Shown: positions 1 to 8,643 of the stretch, in pieces
Numbering within the stretch: position 1 is the first letter of the stretch
Layout: every line of letters begins with the position of its first letter
DNA from: Bacillota bacterium
GTDB taxonomy: Bacteria; Bacillota; UBA994
Length of the DNA stretch: 64,000 bases
Direction: 5' to 3'
NCBI GenBank assembly: GCA_018333655.1
Contig: JAGXTJ010000034.1
Location: 12,716 to 76,715 of the forward strand
The notes under the pieces: model-generated
What the model was told of the DNA's origin: nothing
What the model saw: the letters and a program-made list of their open reading frames with translations, nothing else
The model's database searches: none
Position numbers and translations under genes: made by a program

Positions 1-1957
1 GCCAACGTTCAGGGTGAACTGAGCCTGTAGGAGACCAAATAACGCCCTGCACCCGATTGGCGATCGCTGTAACTCCGGTGCGCTGGAACAGCCAGAAGTA
101 GGGCAGCTCGCGATTGAGGATGACGTCGATTTGCTGGTATATACGGCGGCGCTCAGCCATGTCGAGGGTGGCTCGGCCGGCATCGATAAGGGCATCAACC
201 TCCGCATTGCGGAATTGCGGGTCGTTAAAGCCGAGGGTGCGTCCAGCAGGGCTACGTGCAGCCTGAGAGGAGTGGAAGAAGCTGAACGGGTCGGGATCGA
301 CACCTAGTGACCACCCGCTCACGACTAAATCGAAGCGCCCGTGTTCCCAACGGTCAAGGAGGACCGACCATTCTAGAATTTCTTCAATTGTTTCTACGCC
401 GATGCGTCTCCAATAGCTGGCCATTAAGGTCACGACGTCGGTGCGAATGACATTGCCGGAATTTGTCTTGAGACGCAGGGTCAAACGCTGGCCGTCTTTC
501 ATACGCACGCCATCGCGGCTACCCGCCGGTACGCGCCAGCCCGCGGCATCCAGTAACTGCCGTGCTCTAACTGCGCTATGGGTGTATTCGTTAAGTCCCT
601 GTGCGCCAAAAGCCCAGGAAGTGGGAAGTTGGTGGCTGTGGATAACGCGGCCGCGGCGGTCAAGCACAGTTGCGATCATGGCTTCGCGATCGAGGCCTGT
701 CACTAGTGCTTCGCGCACCCGGCGGTCGCTTAAAATGGGGTGGTCAAGATTGACGGAGACATAGTCGTAAGCATGACTTGGCACTTCCCTAAAGTAGGCG
801 CGATTGGCGTGGTCGCGCAAAATGCGGTCGATGTGGTCGGTCATGAGGGCGCCGAACCAGTCTATGTCGCCGTTTTCCCAGGCGGCCTGCATAACGTTTA
901 GGTCAGGGTAGTTTCTAAAGATGACTGTTTCGATATAGGGGCGTGGCGACTGGAAAAACTGAGGGTTGCGTGTCATTTCGACAAACTGACCGGATACCCA
1001 GCGTGACAGTAGGTAGGGTCCGTTGGCGAGGGGGTTGCGGTTAAAGGCATGAGCGCGAAGTTCTCTTACTGGGACATTGCCGAGCACATGGTGCGGCAGT
1101 AGCCCTAGGCCGATGTTGAACAAGAAGGGGGCATCAACTTGCCGCATCTTGAAATCGACAATGCGGTCGTTGACGACAACGATCTCTTGCACATGGCGGA
1201 CGGCACCGCGCCGTGGTCCATCGTAGTCGGCATGTATGATTGAATCGAAGGTGAACTTGACGTCGCGTGCAGTAACGGGAACGCCGTCCTGCCACTTGGC
1301 GTTAGGGTTCAGCCAAAAGCGCCAGGTCAGTGTGGCGGGGTCCCATGCCCAACGGTCGGCGATGGCGTTCATGGGCTCGAGGTTCTCGCTTAGCCTGACA
1401 ATCCCCCAGTTGGTGCGTAAGTGGATCGCAGCCGAAGCTGTGTCGGAGGAGAGTATGGGGTTAAGAATGACTGGGTCCGCAGTGGCGCCAAATACCATGG
1501 AGCCGCCCACTCGAGGGGCAACATAGGGGGTGTGGTTGACCGTTACCGTCACTGCGCCGTCCCAAGTAACTTCTGCACCTAGCGCTTCAGCCACAAAGCG
1601 CAAGGGAACCATGGTCCTTCCCCCGACAATGGCGGGGGGTACCTCTAGTTGTCGCGATGGACCGTTTACCCAAGCGGTGCGGTTGCCAATTTGCAGCACC
1701 ACAGCCGATTCCCGCCGATAGGCGTTAATGGTGCTAGTGGCGTCTTCCCAGTGGACCTGTGCGCCGAGCGCTTCAAAGATGGCGCGCATGGGCACAAGGG
1801 TGCGTCCTTGCTCAATGCGTGGAGGCACTTCCATGGGTAGGGGCCTACCATTAATGAGGACGCGCCAGGGAGAGTTTGCTTGGGCGAAAGACAGGCCACT
1901 GAACAGTGCGACGACCATGAGAACGGCGAGAAGGCTGGCTAGGAATCGTTTGGGCAC
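1..1957 (-). CDS. Secreted solute-binding protein, family 5 (oligopeptide/nickel ABC-type SBP fold), with two N-terminal copper amine oxidase N-domain-like repeats. Partial: 3' end beyond window start
   Basis: Reverse-strand translation from GTG at 1957 (RBS GGAGTG upstream) gives a signal peptide (MPKRFLASLLAVLMVVALFSGLSFAQA). Two repeats follow that resemble CuAO N-terminal stalk domains (VPPRIEQGRTLVPMRAIFEALGAQVHWED; VPPAIVGGRTMVPLRFVAEALGAEVTWDG). After these comes a long SBP_bac_5-like body (e.g. HSHQLPTSWAFG..., WSLGVDPDPFSFFHSS). No stop codon before position 1. The + strand small ORFs over this span are antisense artefacts. Confidence 0.7.
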   Translation of the reverse strand, partial: MPKRFLASLLAVLMVVALFSGLSFAQANSPWRVLINGRPLPMEVPPRIEQGRTLVPMRAIFEALGAQVHWEDATSTINAYRRESAVVLQIGNRTAWVNGPSRQLEVPPAIVGGRTMVPLRFVAEALGAEVTWDGAVTVTVNHTPYVAPRVGGSMVFGATADPVILNPILSSDTASAAIHLRTNWGIVRLSENLEPMNAIADRWAWDPATLTWRFWLNPNAKWQDGVPVTARDVKFTFDSIIHADYDGPRRGAVRHVQEIVVVNDRIVDFKMRQVDAPFLFNIGLGLLPHHVLGNVPVRELRAHAFNRNPLANGPYLLSRWVSGQFVEMTRNPQFFQSPRPYIETVIFRNYPDLNVMQAAWENGDIDWFGALMTDHIDRILRDHANRAYFREVPSHAYDYVSVNLDHPILSDRRVREALVTGLDREAMIATVLDRRGRVIHSHQLPTSWAFGAQGLNEYTHSAVRARQLLDAAGWRVPAGSRDGVRMKDGQRLTLRLKTNSGNVIRTDVVTLMASYWRRIGVETIEEILEWSVLLDRWEHGRFDLVVSGWSLGVDPDPFSFFHSSQAARSPAGRTLGFNDPQFRNAEVDALIDAGRATLDMAERRRIYQQIDVILNRELPYFWLFQRTGVTAIANRVQGVIWSPTGSVHPERW

Positions 1958-2186
1958 AATTAATCACTCCTCTATTTGTTTTTGGGCAATGCCCCACTGG
2001 CAGGTTTTTGCGACAGGAAAAAAGTTCTTGTGCATAACATTTTAGCAACACAACAGGCCTTATAGTATTGAATATTGAGAAAGTAACAAAAACTTAATGT
2101 GATGATCGCAATTTCGACAATATTTGTGCAAGTTCCTGCATGTCGCTGCATATACTAAACAGGCATTAAGCAAAGGAGGTGTGGCC

Positions 2187-3554
2187 TTGGCAGAGAGGCG
2201 CGTTATGGTGACTATTTTATTGGTGGTGGTGCTATTTATCACATCACTAGGGGTGGGGAGTGCGATGCCACCGGCACATCGCATTGTCATTAATCTGCCA
2301 GCCTACCGGCTTTATCACTACGTAGGCGATGGGCGGGCAGGCGTGTACGATATTTCTATCGGCCATGTATCCACGCCTACCCCGGTAACGAGCAGTAATA
2401 GGCGCTTTGAGATTTTTCAAATGGTAAAAAACCCTGTGTGGCGTAATCCGCGTACGCGTCAGCTGGTGCCGCCTGGGCCTAGTAACCCTCTTGGTACGAG
2501 ATGGCTCGGTCTCATGAAAATTGACAGGGTAGTGCTCACCGGGCGCGAAACATGGGAAGCTTTGGCGCGTCAGTACAGAACCACGGTGACAGAAATATTG
2601 CGGGCCAACAACCTGCGCCAAGGTGCTGTGGTACGGGCGGGGCAGGTGGTGGAGATTCCTTATCACAATGGCTATGGTATTCATGGCACTAATGTACCTT
2701 TATCCATCGGTACGGCAGTATCGCTTGGCTGCATGCGCATGCGGAATGCAGACGTAGAAAGACTCTTTGACGCCTTGCCTAGTGGTCGTCGCGTTCCGGT
2801 AACAATTCTTTACGAGCCCTGGCGCGAGTACCGCGACTTGGTCTCTTTGGAGCCCTACATCGAAGTATTCTTTGATGTATATCGACGAGTGCCTGACTGG
2901 AGCGCAGGACTCACGGCAGCTGCGGCTCGCATCAATGCACCCATTTCGAGATGGCAACTCGAGGCGTTGCTGCAGCGATTTACAGGTTCGCACATCTTAA
3001 GTCACAGTCCCTTGGTGCACAACAACAACACCTTGGTCATGGTCGGTGCGCGCCATGTAGAGGGAGAATTCTACTTGCCGCCGAGAGTGGTGGAGCAGAT
3101 GCTAGGGGTCGAGTACCGTGCCGTCTACGGGGAGCATTTTCTGGGGGAGTGGCGGCTAAAGGAACGAGATATCTACCATAAGGAGACGGGGGTCCTGGTG
3201 TCGGCCCGTGTCATTTCGGAAATAGCAGGTAGAGCCTACTTCTTCGATGAGCTACGCAACACGCTTGAATTTTCCGTAACACGACTGGCTGTTCAGGGTA
3301 ATTTTCTTGGTTATAATCGTGTTTTGCTGCATCATGATGCTGGTCCGATGGTTGCTGTGGCGGATGTAGCGCCTCATCTCGGTCTTGCAGTGCAGGGGGC
3401 GCAAGAGGGACGAGTGCGAGTGGGGGGCCTTGAGTTAGTTGGTTTGTCTTTTGGTGAACAGACTTTTGTCTGTTTGCGCGAACTGCGCAGGCTGCCCCTA
3501 AACGCAGAGTGGGACCCGCGAAGCGGCTTGCTAGCCATCAGTCACAGGCGGTAG
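2187..3554 (+). CDS. L,D-transpeptidase (YkuD domain) with an internal LysM module and a long C-terminal extension; N-terminal TM/signal anchor
   Basis: TTG at 2187 lies 7 nt after GGAGG. YkuD signatures are present ([19 protein letters not shown]..., [42 protein letters not shown] with catalytic Cys). A LysM-like stretch ([37 protein letters not shown]) is inserted between them. Confidence 0.7.
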   Translation: MAERRVMVTILLVVVLFITSLGVGSAMPPAHRIVINLPAYRLYHYVGDGRAGVYDISIGHVSTPTPVTSSNRRFEIFQMVKNPVWRNPRTRQLVPPGPSNPLGTRWLGLMKIDRVVLTGRETWEALARQYRTTVTEILRANNLRQGAVVRAGQVVEIPYHNGYGIHGTNVPLSIGTAVSLGCMRMRNADVERLFDALPSGRRVPVTILYEPWREYRDLVSLEPYIEVFFDVYRRVPDWSAGLTAAAARINAPISRWQLEALLQRFTGSHILSHSPLVHNNNTLVMVGARHVEGEFYLPPRVVEQMLGVEYRAVYGEHFLGEWRLKERDIYHKETGVLVSARVISEIAGRAYFFDELRNTLEFSVTRLAVQGNFLGYNRVLLHHDAGPMVAVADVAPHLGLAVQGAQEGRVRVGGLELVGLSFGEQTFVCLRELRRLPLNAEWDPRSGLLAISHRR

Positions 3555-3567
3555 TCATGGCTTGTCC

Positions 3568-3599
3568 TAGGCATCAGTTAGCTCTGATGCCTTTTTTTC
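3568..3599 (+). terminator. Rho-independent terminator
   Basis: Hairpin aggcatcag/ctgatgcct followed by TTTTTTT, 14 nt after the stop of the L,D-transpeptidase gene. Confidence 0.7.
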
Positions 3600-3623
3600 G
3601 TTAAGGCTGTTATAATGAAATTG

Positions 3624-3649
3624 GGAACTCGCAGGACTTAGAAAGCGTC
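3624..3649 (+). promoter_or_regulatory. Candidate ECF-sigma-type (autoregulatory) promoter: GGAAC, 17-nt spacer, CGTC
   Basis: TGAAAT-tg-GGAAC at 3616-3628, 17-nt spacer, CGTC at 3646-3649. About 50 nt upstream of the ECF sigma start at 3701. Matches the -35 AAC / -10 CGT architecture of sigW/sigE-type promoters. Confidence 0.4.
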
Positions 3650-3700
3650 ATTATATAAAGCGGTTCAGATAAAGCGGTTGAGAAAGGGCGTGGCAGTATC

Positions 3701-4327
3701 TTGCGCTCTCATGAAGATGACAGAGAATTAGTAGCTAAGTCTCTAAGGGGAGATACCGAGGCTTTTCGGACGATTGTGGAACGCTATCAAGAACGAGTGT
3801 ACAATGTGGCCTTTCAAATGACTGGCAGCCATGAAGATAGCTTGGATCTCGCCCAAGATAGCTTTTTGCGGGTTTTTCGTGCGCTCAGCAGTTTTAAGGG
3901 TGATAGTTCGCTTGGCACTTGGATACATCGCATTGCCCATAATATTGTGATTGATGAGCTCCGCAAGCGCCGTAGGCGCCCTGTTGTAGCCATGAGTACG
4001 GATACCGTAGTGATTACAGAGGACGGCGAACACATGCTTGAGTGGAGCGCACCTATGGATGAGGCTCCTGAAGAGCAGTTGTTGCGCGCGGAAAAGAAGC
4101 GCGAAATTGAGCAAGCTCTGCAAAGAATTTCGCCCGAACATAGGTCGGTTCTCGTCATGAGAGACATTGAAGGTTTGACGTACGAGGAGGTTGCGGAAGT
4201 GCTGGGCCTTAACGTCGGTACAGTAAAATCGCGCCTCAATCGGGCGCGTTTAGCGTTACGAGAAAAACTCAAGGTAATGGAACAAGGCACAGGAATGCGG
4301 CGTCTAATAGAACAGAAGGGGGGGTAG
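3701..4327 (+). CDS. ECF (sigma-70 family, group IV) RNA polymerase sigma factor, SigW-like
   Basis: Region 2 and region 4 motifs are present: ELVAKSLRGDTEAFRTIVERYQERVYNVAFQMTG; IHRIAHNIVIDELRKRRRRP; VLVMRDIEGLTYEEVAEVLGLNVGTVKSRLNRARLALREKL. Confidence 0.85.
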   Translation: MRSHEDDRELVAKSLRGDTEAFRTIVERYQERVYNVAFQMTGSHEDSLDLAQDSFLRVFRALSSFKGDSSLGTWIHRIAHNIVIDELRKRRRRPVVAMSTDTVVITEDGEHMLEWSAPMDEAPEEQLLRAEKKREIEQALQRISPEHRSVLVMRDIEGLTYEEVAEVLGLNVGTVKSRLNRARLALREKLKVMEQGTGMRRLIEQKGG

Positions 4328-4332
4328 TAGAT

Positions 4333-4911
4333 ATGAACTGCACTTGGGTCAAAAACAATCTCTGCGACATATTGGACGGTCTACTGCCTTCTGACACTGA
4401 GGAACAGTATCAGGAGCACTTGGCTGACTGTGCTGAATGCCGCATGTTGCTGGCAGAAATTGCTCTCGACCAGCAAGCCTTGACTAGTTTGCCCCGTGTG
4501 TCTCCACCCGCCGAACTGATTGCCGGTGTACTAAGCGCTATTCGCCAGCCTGTAAAAAAAGCTCTCTGGCCATTTTTTGCCCCTCGCTTTGCCCCTGTAG
4601 CCGCCGCGCTAGCGATTATGGTCCTAGGTCTCAATTTCTGGATGGCCTACTTTCCCCATCCGTCAGCGACTCGCGAATCGGCCCTGATTGAGACGCAGAT
4701 GGCGCCGCGCCTGTTTGTGGCCGGAGGCGAGGAACCGGATTCAGAAGCCCCTGCAGCGACGGACAAGAGAATGGGCACAGCATCGCTAGATGCCGCCAGC
4801 GAAAGTGCCCTGCCAGAGCGGCCCTCGTTCCTCCTTGTATCATCTGCGCTCGGTGGCAGTATTTTCGTGGTGTGGGGTGCCATCGTCTTAGTCTGGTATA
4901 AGCGTTCGTAG
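4333..4911 (+). CDS. Anti-sigma factor, zinc-binding ZAS type (RsiW-like), single TM
   Basis: Lies 5 nt after the sigma gene. Has the HxxxCxxC motif (HLADCAECRM), a central TM helix (PVAAALAIMVLGLNFWMAYF), and a C-terminal TM helix. Confidence 0.7.
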   Translation: MNCTWVKNNLCDILDGLLPSDTEEQYQEHLADCAECRMLLAEIALDQQALTSLPRVSPPAELIAGVLSAIRQPVKKALWPFFAPRFAPVAAALAIMVLGLNFWMAYFPHPSATRESALIETQMAPRLFVAGGEEPDSEAPAATDKRMGTASLDAASESALPERPSFLLVSSALGGSIFVVWGAIVLVWYKRS

Positions 4912-4933
4912 GAACACATGCTTCATTGTTAAT

Positions 4934-5013
4934 GCGACAGCGGGGACGGTTCTTTTTGTCGGTTTTTGCGACAAAAAGAACCGTCCCCGCTGTCGTGCCG
5001 TCCCCGCTGTCGC
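4934..5013. repeat. REP-like perfect palindrome, copy 1: 27-bp stem, 7-nt loop, plus a 16-nt partial duplication of the right arm
   Basis: gcgacagcggggacggttctttttgtcg-gtttttg-cgacaaaaagaaccgtccccgctgtcg, then tg-ccgtccccgctgtcgc. Starts 23 nt after the anti-sigma stop. Near-identical copy at 16926-16988. Confidence 0.85.
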
Positions 5014-5104
5014 TAATGTTGGGTAAAGTTTGCATACGCCCTTGTCGTGACATGGTAAAAGCATGTAATATTGTAACCAGAGCTAAGTTGTAAGGGGGTA
5101 TTTT

Positions 5105-5875
5105 ATGATCAATTTGCAGACAACGGCCTTCCTAGATATTAAACTAGGTGACGGGCAACTGTCTTTTGGCGAGAGCGTAAAATCAGTGGAACCGGCTTGC
5201 CGTACGTTAGATGAAGCGCGCTATGCCTTTCTGGACGCCGAAGTAGCTGGAAGAACAGATCTATACTACATGTATCGCGACGTGGCGCGGGAGATTGATC
5301 GTGCTCACCTGGCTAAGTATGGTCTACGTTTTGACATCACCGTCATTATGCCTGGGCTTATTGGGCAAGAATTTAACAAGACTGTGGGGCATTATCATCC
5401 CGTCAAGAGTGGGACTACATACACCTATCCAGAAGTGTACGAAGTGCTCTCTGGCGAGGCGACATATCTTTTGCAGCGCCCAGGGCCTCTGGTGGGTAGA
5501 GTGGCAGACGCTTATGTGGTTGTAGCGCGAGCAGGCGACAAAGTCGTTATTCCGCCCGGGTATGGACACATCACCATTAACGCCAAAAGCGTCCCGCTGG
5601 TGATGACGAACTGGGTAGCGGCCGATTTCGCTTCGGTGTATGGCGAGATTAAGGACCTCCGCGGGGGAGCATACTACCTGCTAGAAAAGAACTCTACTTC
5701 TCTGTGGATGCCTAATCCCCGGTATACGGGACTGCCTGCTTTGCGGTTTAGGGCTCAAGAAGACTATGCTCAATTTGGCCTAAAGGCCAGTGAGCCTATG
5801 TACAAGCTGATTTTCGAGTCTCCAGAAAACTTGCGCTTCCTTACACATCCCGAAGAATTTGCTTGGGTAGAGTAG
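5105..5875 (+). CDS. Cupin-type glucose-6-phosphate isomerase (archaeal-type PGI family) candidate
   Basis: Cupin metal-site-like motifs TVGHYHPVKSGTTYTYPEVYEVLSGEATYLLQ and GDKVVIPPGYGHITIN. ATG with RBS AAGGGGG. Family assignment is from memory. Confidence 0.5.
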   Translation: MINLQTTAFLDIKLGDGQLSFGESVKSVEPACRTLDEARYAFLDAEVAGRTDLYYMYRDVAREIDRAHLAKYGLRFDITVIMPGLIGQEFNKTVGHYHPVKSGTTYTYPEVYEVLSGEATYLLQRPGPLVGRVADAYVVVARAGDKVVIPPGYGHITINAKSVPLVMTNWVAADFASVYGEIKDLRGGAYYLLEKNSTSLWMPNPRYTGLPALRFRAQEDYAQFGLKASEPMYKLIFESPENLRFLTHPEEFAWVE

Positions 5876-6045
5876 GAGATTCGCGTTTTCGTAGGCTTAG
5901 GCCACCGCACCCACAACGCCCGCCTGTGCACCTAGCAAGGCGGGCATTATCTTTACCCCCCGTCATACGCAACCTGTAAGGCTTTCTGCAGGTCAGCGGG
6001 GTTTGTAGTATACTAGCTTTAGTGATGATGTAGGATGGTGAGTTT

Positions 6046-8643
6046 ATGCCGCGCTTATTTTTGTTGGACGGATTCTCCCTAGCTTTTCGAGCTTTTTACG
6101 CCATAGACGTAGGGTTATCGACCAAGGATGGTCGTCCTACCAACGCCATATATGGTTTTGCGCTCATGCTCAACAAGCTGATTGAACACTACAAGCCAGA
6201 ATACATGGTGGCAGCCTTTGACCGTGGGCAACCTGTGGCCAGACTAGAGCGATACGCTGCCTACAAGGCGCAGCGTCCCAAGGCGCCTGAGGAATTGAGC
6301 CAGCAAATGGACTCCATCAAAGAGCTGCTCGCAGCATTCGGATGCCAAATATTAGAAGTAGAAGGCTACGAGGCGGATGATGTCATCGGCACTCTGACGG
6401 CAAGGGCTGAACAGGCGGGTATTCAGAGTGTGATTGTTACGAGTGACCGTGACAGCCTGCAGCTCGTTAGTCCACATGTTAAGGTTTTACTGACTAAGAA
6501 GGGTGTAAGCGAGACTGAACTTGTGGGTGAAAGTGAAGTGCGCGCCAAGTACGGCCTTGCTCCCGCCCAATTGATCGAGCTCAAAGCTTTTATGGGCGAC
6601 CCCTCAGACAATATTAAGGGAGTCAAGGGCATTGGTGAAAAGACGGCCCTCGCCCTTGTGCAGGAGTTTCACAGCGTGCAGGGTGTCTATGACAACATTG
6701 CCAATGTTAGCAAGGTAAGAGTGCGAGAGCTCTTGCAGGCAGGGCAGGAAGACGCTATGCTCAGCAAATTTCTCGCGACCATTGTCAGGGATGTCGCGTT
6801 CGATTTCGCCATGGAGGGCCTCTTGCCTAGAGAAACAGATGTCGCACGCTTAGCCATGCTGTACCGGGAGGTAGGGCTGAGTAGCTTGCTCTCACGGCTT
6901 CTAAGTCAGGCGCCTGCCCCCCTGCCTCCCGTTAATGACTCTCTTGTGGGAGAGGTGGTAGTGGCCAAGACGGCGGAGGACCTGACAGCCTATATTGCAC
7001 AGATTGACACGGCACGGCCAGTGGCCCTGTTTAAATCCGCGCCGCATTTCTTTGTGCTGGCTACTGGGAACCGCGCTCTAGCTGTGGAGACTCTAGGGCA
7101 GACTCTGCCGCCTAGCATGGAGAGGCTTCTGGCTGATGCTCGTCTGACGTGGGTAGTGAGCGGCTACAAGGAGCTCTTGGTGGACTTTAATAGGCGTGGC
7201 CTCACCTGGGCGGGTGAAGTTTTTGATATCGAGCTAGCAACCTACCTGCTCGACCCCACCCGTTCAAGCTACAGCGTGGGAGAGCTGGTGACACATTATC
7301 TAGATAAAACGATGGCTGACGATGCACAAGCTTTTGCTCTCCTCGCCCTAGAGCCAGTTTTAAGGGCGCAGCTTATCGAAAAAGAGCTTATCGACTTGTA
7401 CAGTCAAGTCGAGCTGCCTCTTAGTCGGGTGCTGGCTGAAATGGAGATCACCGGCATTGCGGTCGACAGTGGGGTTTTGCGAGAGATGGCCTGGCAAGCG
7501 AACCTGCGCCTTAAAGAAATCGTTACGGACATTTATGTTTTGGCGGGGGAGGAGTTTAACATCAGTTCCCCGAAGCAACTAGGGGTCATCCTCTTTGAAA
7601 AACTGAAGTTGCCCACTTCTAAAAAGACCAAAACCGGTTACTCCACCGATGCCGATGTCTTAGAGTCTTTAGCAGATCAACACCCTTTAGTCGGTAAGAT
7701 ACTTGAGCACCGTACGCTGGCCAAGCTGCATTCAACTTACTTGGAGGGACTACAAAAAGTAATTTCTCCTGTAGGCAGGATTCACACTACTTACAACCAG
7801 ACCGTAACCGCAACTGGGCGTTTGAGCAGCACAGAACCTAATTTGCAGAACATCCCCATCAGGCTGCCCGAGGGTCGGCTTATCCGCAAAGCCTTCAAGC
7901 CAGGGGCTAAGTTTACCCACATTTTAGCGGCTGATTATTCCCAGATTGAGCTACGCATCCTAGCGCATCTATCCAAGGACCCGATCTTGACCGCTGCTTT
8001 TTTACAGGGTGAAGACGTCCACCGCCGCACTGCCGCCGAAGTGTTCGGCGTAAGTCTAGATGAAGTCACCCCTAGCATGCGCGGGAGAGCTAAGGCCGTA
8101 AATTTTGGCATAGTCTATGGTATTAGTGATTATGGCCTGTCAAGGGACATCAAGGTAAGCCGCGCTGAAGCCAAGGCTTACATTGACAATTACTTCAAGC
8201 GCTATCGGGGCGTAAAGGAGTACATAGAGCGTACTATTGCCGAGGCCAGAGCTACAGGTTTTGTAACAACACTGCTGCATCGGCGGCGCTTTCTGCCCGA
8301 TATCAATAGCAAGAACTTCACTTTGCGCTCTTTTGCCGAGCGCACGGCTATGAATACGCCCATTCAGGGGACTGCAGCGGATTTGATCAAGCTTGCCATG
8401 GTAAAAATTGCTAGCGAACTCAAGCTTAAGGGTCTTTGCTCGCGCATGATTTTACAGGTGCACGATGAGCTAGTTTTTGAGACGACCGAAGCAGAGCTAA
8501 GCTTCTTAGCGCCCCTCGTGTGCCAAGCCATGGAGACAGCACTGGCACTAAGCGTTCCCTTGCAAGTGGACTTTAAGATGGGCTTAAACTGGTACGATCT
8601 TCGTCCCCTGACTATGGATAGGGCCGAGGCTCCACATGCCTGA
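6046..8643 (+). CDS. polA: DNA polymerase I
   Basis: 865 aa. 5'-3' exonuclease N-terminus (FLLDGFSLAFRAFYA). Pol A motifs KTGYSTDADVLESLA, RRTAAEVFG, RGRAKAVNFGIVYGISDYGLS, QVHDELVFE. Confidence 0.95.
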   Translation: MPRLFLLDGFSLAFRAFYAIDVGLSTKDGRPTNAIYGFALMLNKLIEHYKPEYMVAAFDRGQPVARLERYAAYKAQRPKAPEELSQQMDSIKELLAAFGCQILEVEGYEADDVIGTLTARAEQAGIQSVIVTSDRDSLQLVSPHVKVLLTKKGVSETELVGESEVRAKYGLAPAQLIELKAFMGDPSDNIKGVKGIGEKTALALVQEFHSVQGVYDNIANVSKVRVRELLQAGQEDAMLSKFLATIVRDVAFDFAMEGLLPRETDVARLAMLYREVGLSSLLSRLLSQAPAPLPPVNDSLVGEVVVAKTAEDLTAYIAQIDTARPVALFKSAPHFFVLATGNRALAVETLGQTLPPSMERLLADARLTWVVSGYKELLVDFNRRGLTWAGEVFDIELATYLLDPTRSSYSVGELVTHYLDKTMADDAQAFALLALEPVLRAQLIEKELIDLYSQVELPLSRVLAEMEITGIAVDSGVLREMAWQANLRLKEIVTDIYVLAGEEFNISSPKQLGVILFEKLKLPTSKKTKTGYSTDADVLESLADQHPLVGKILEHRTLAKLHSTYLEGLQKVISPVGRIHTTYNQTVTATGRLSSTEPNLQNIPIRLPEGRLIRKAFKPGAKFTHILAADYSQIELRILAHLSKDPILTAAFLQGEDVHRRTAAEVFGVSLDEVTPSMRGRAKAVNFGIVYGISDYGLSRDIKVSRAEAKAYIDNYFKRYRGVKEYIERTIAEARATGFVTTLLHRRRFLPDINSKNFTLRSFAERTAMNTPIQGTAADLIKLAMVKIASELKLKGLCSRMILQVHDELVFETTEAELSFLAPLVCQAMETALALSVPLQVDFKMGLNWYDLRPLTMDRAEAPHA

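Noticed and set aside
441-2045. Cluster of small + strand ORFs (107, 96, 63, 63, 105 aa) from the ORF track
   Set aside because: They lie antisense to or within the long minus-strand SBP gene (1-1957) and have no recognisable motifs. They are typical high-GC antisense artefacts.
4631-5053. Minus-strand ORFs spanning the palindromes (140 aa at 4631-5053; 75 aa at 16914-17141) that share the peptide TVLFVAxTDKKNRPRC
   Set aside because: The shared peptide is simply the translation of the repeated palindrome. There is no RBS and no coding signal, so these are not genes.
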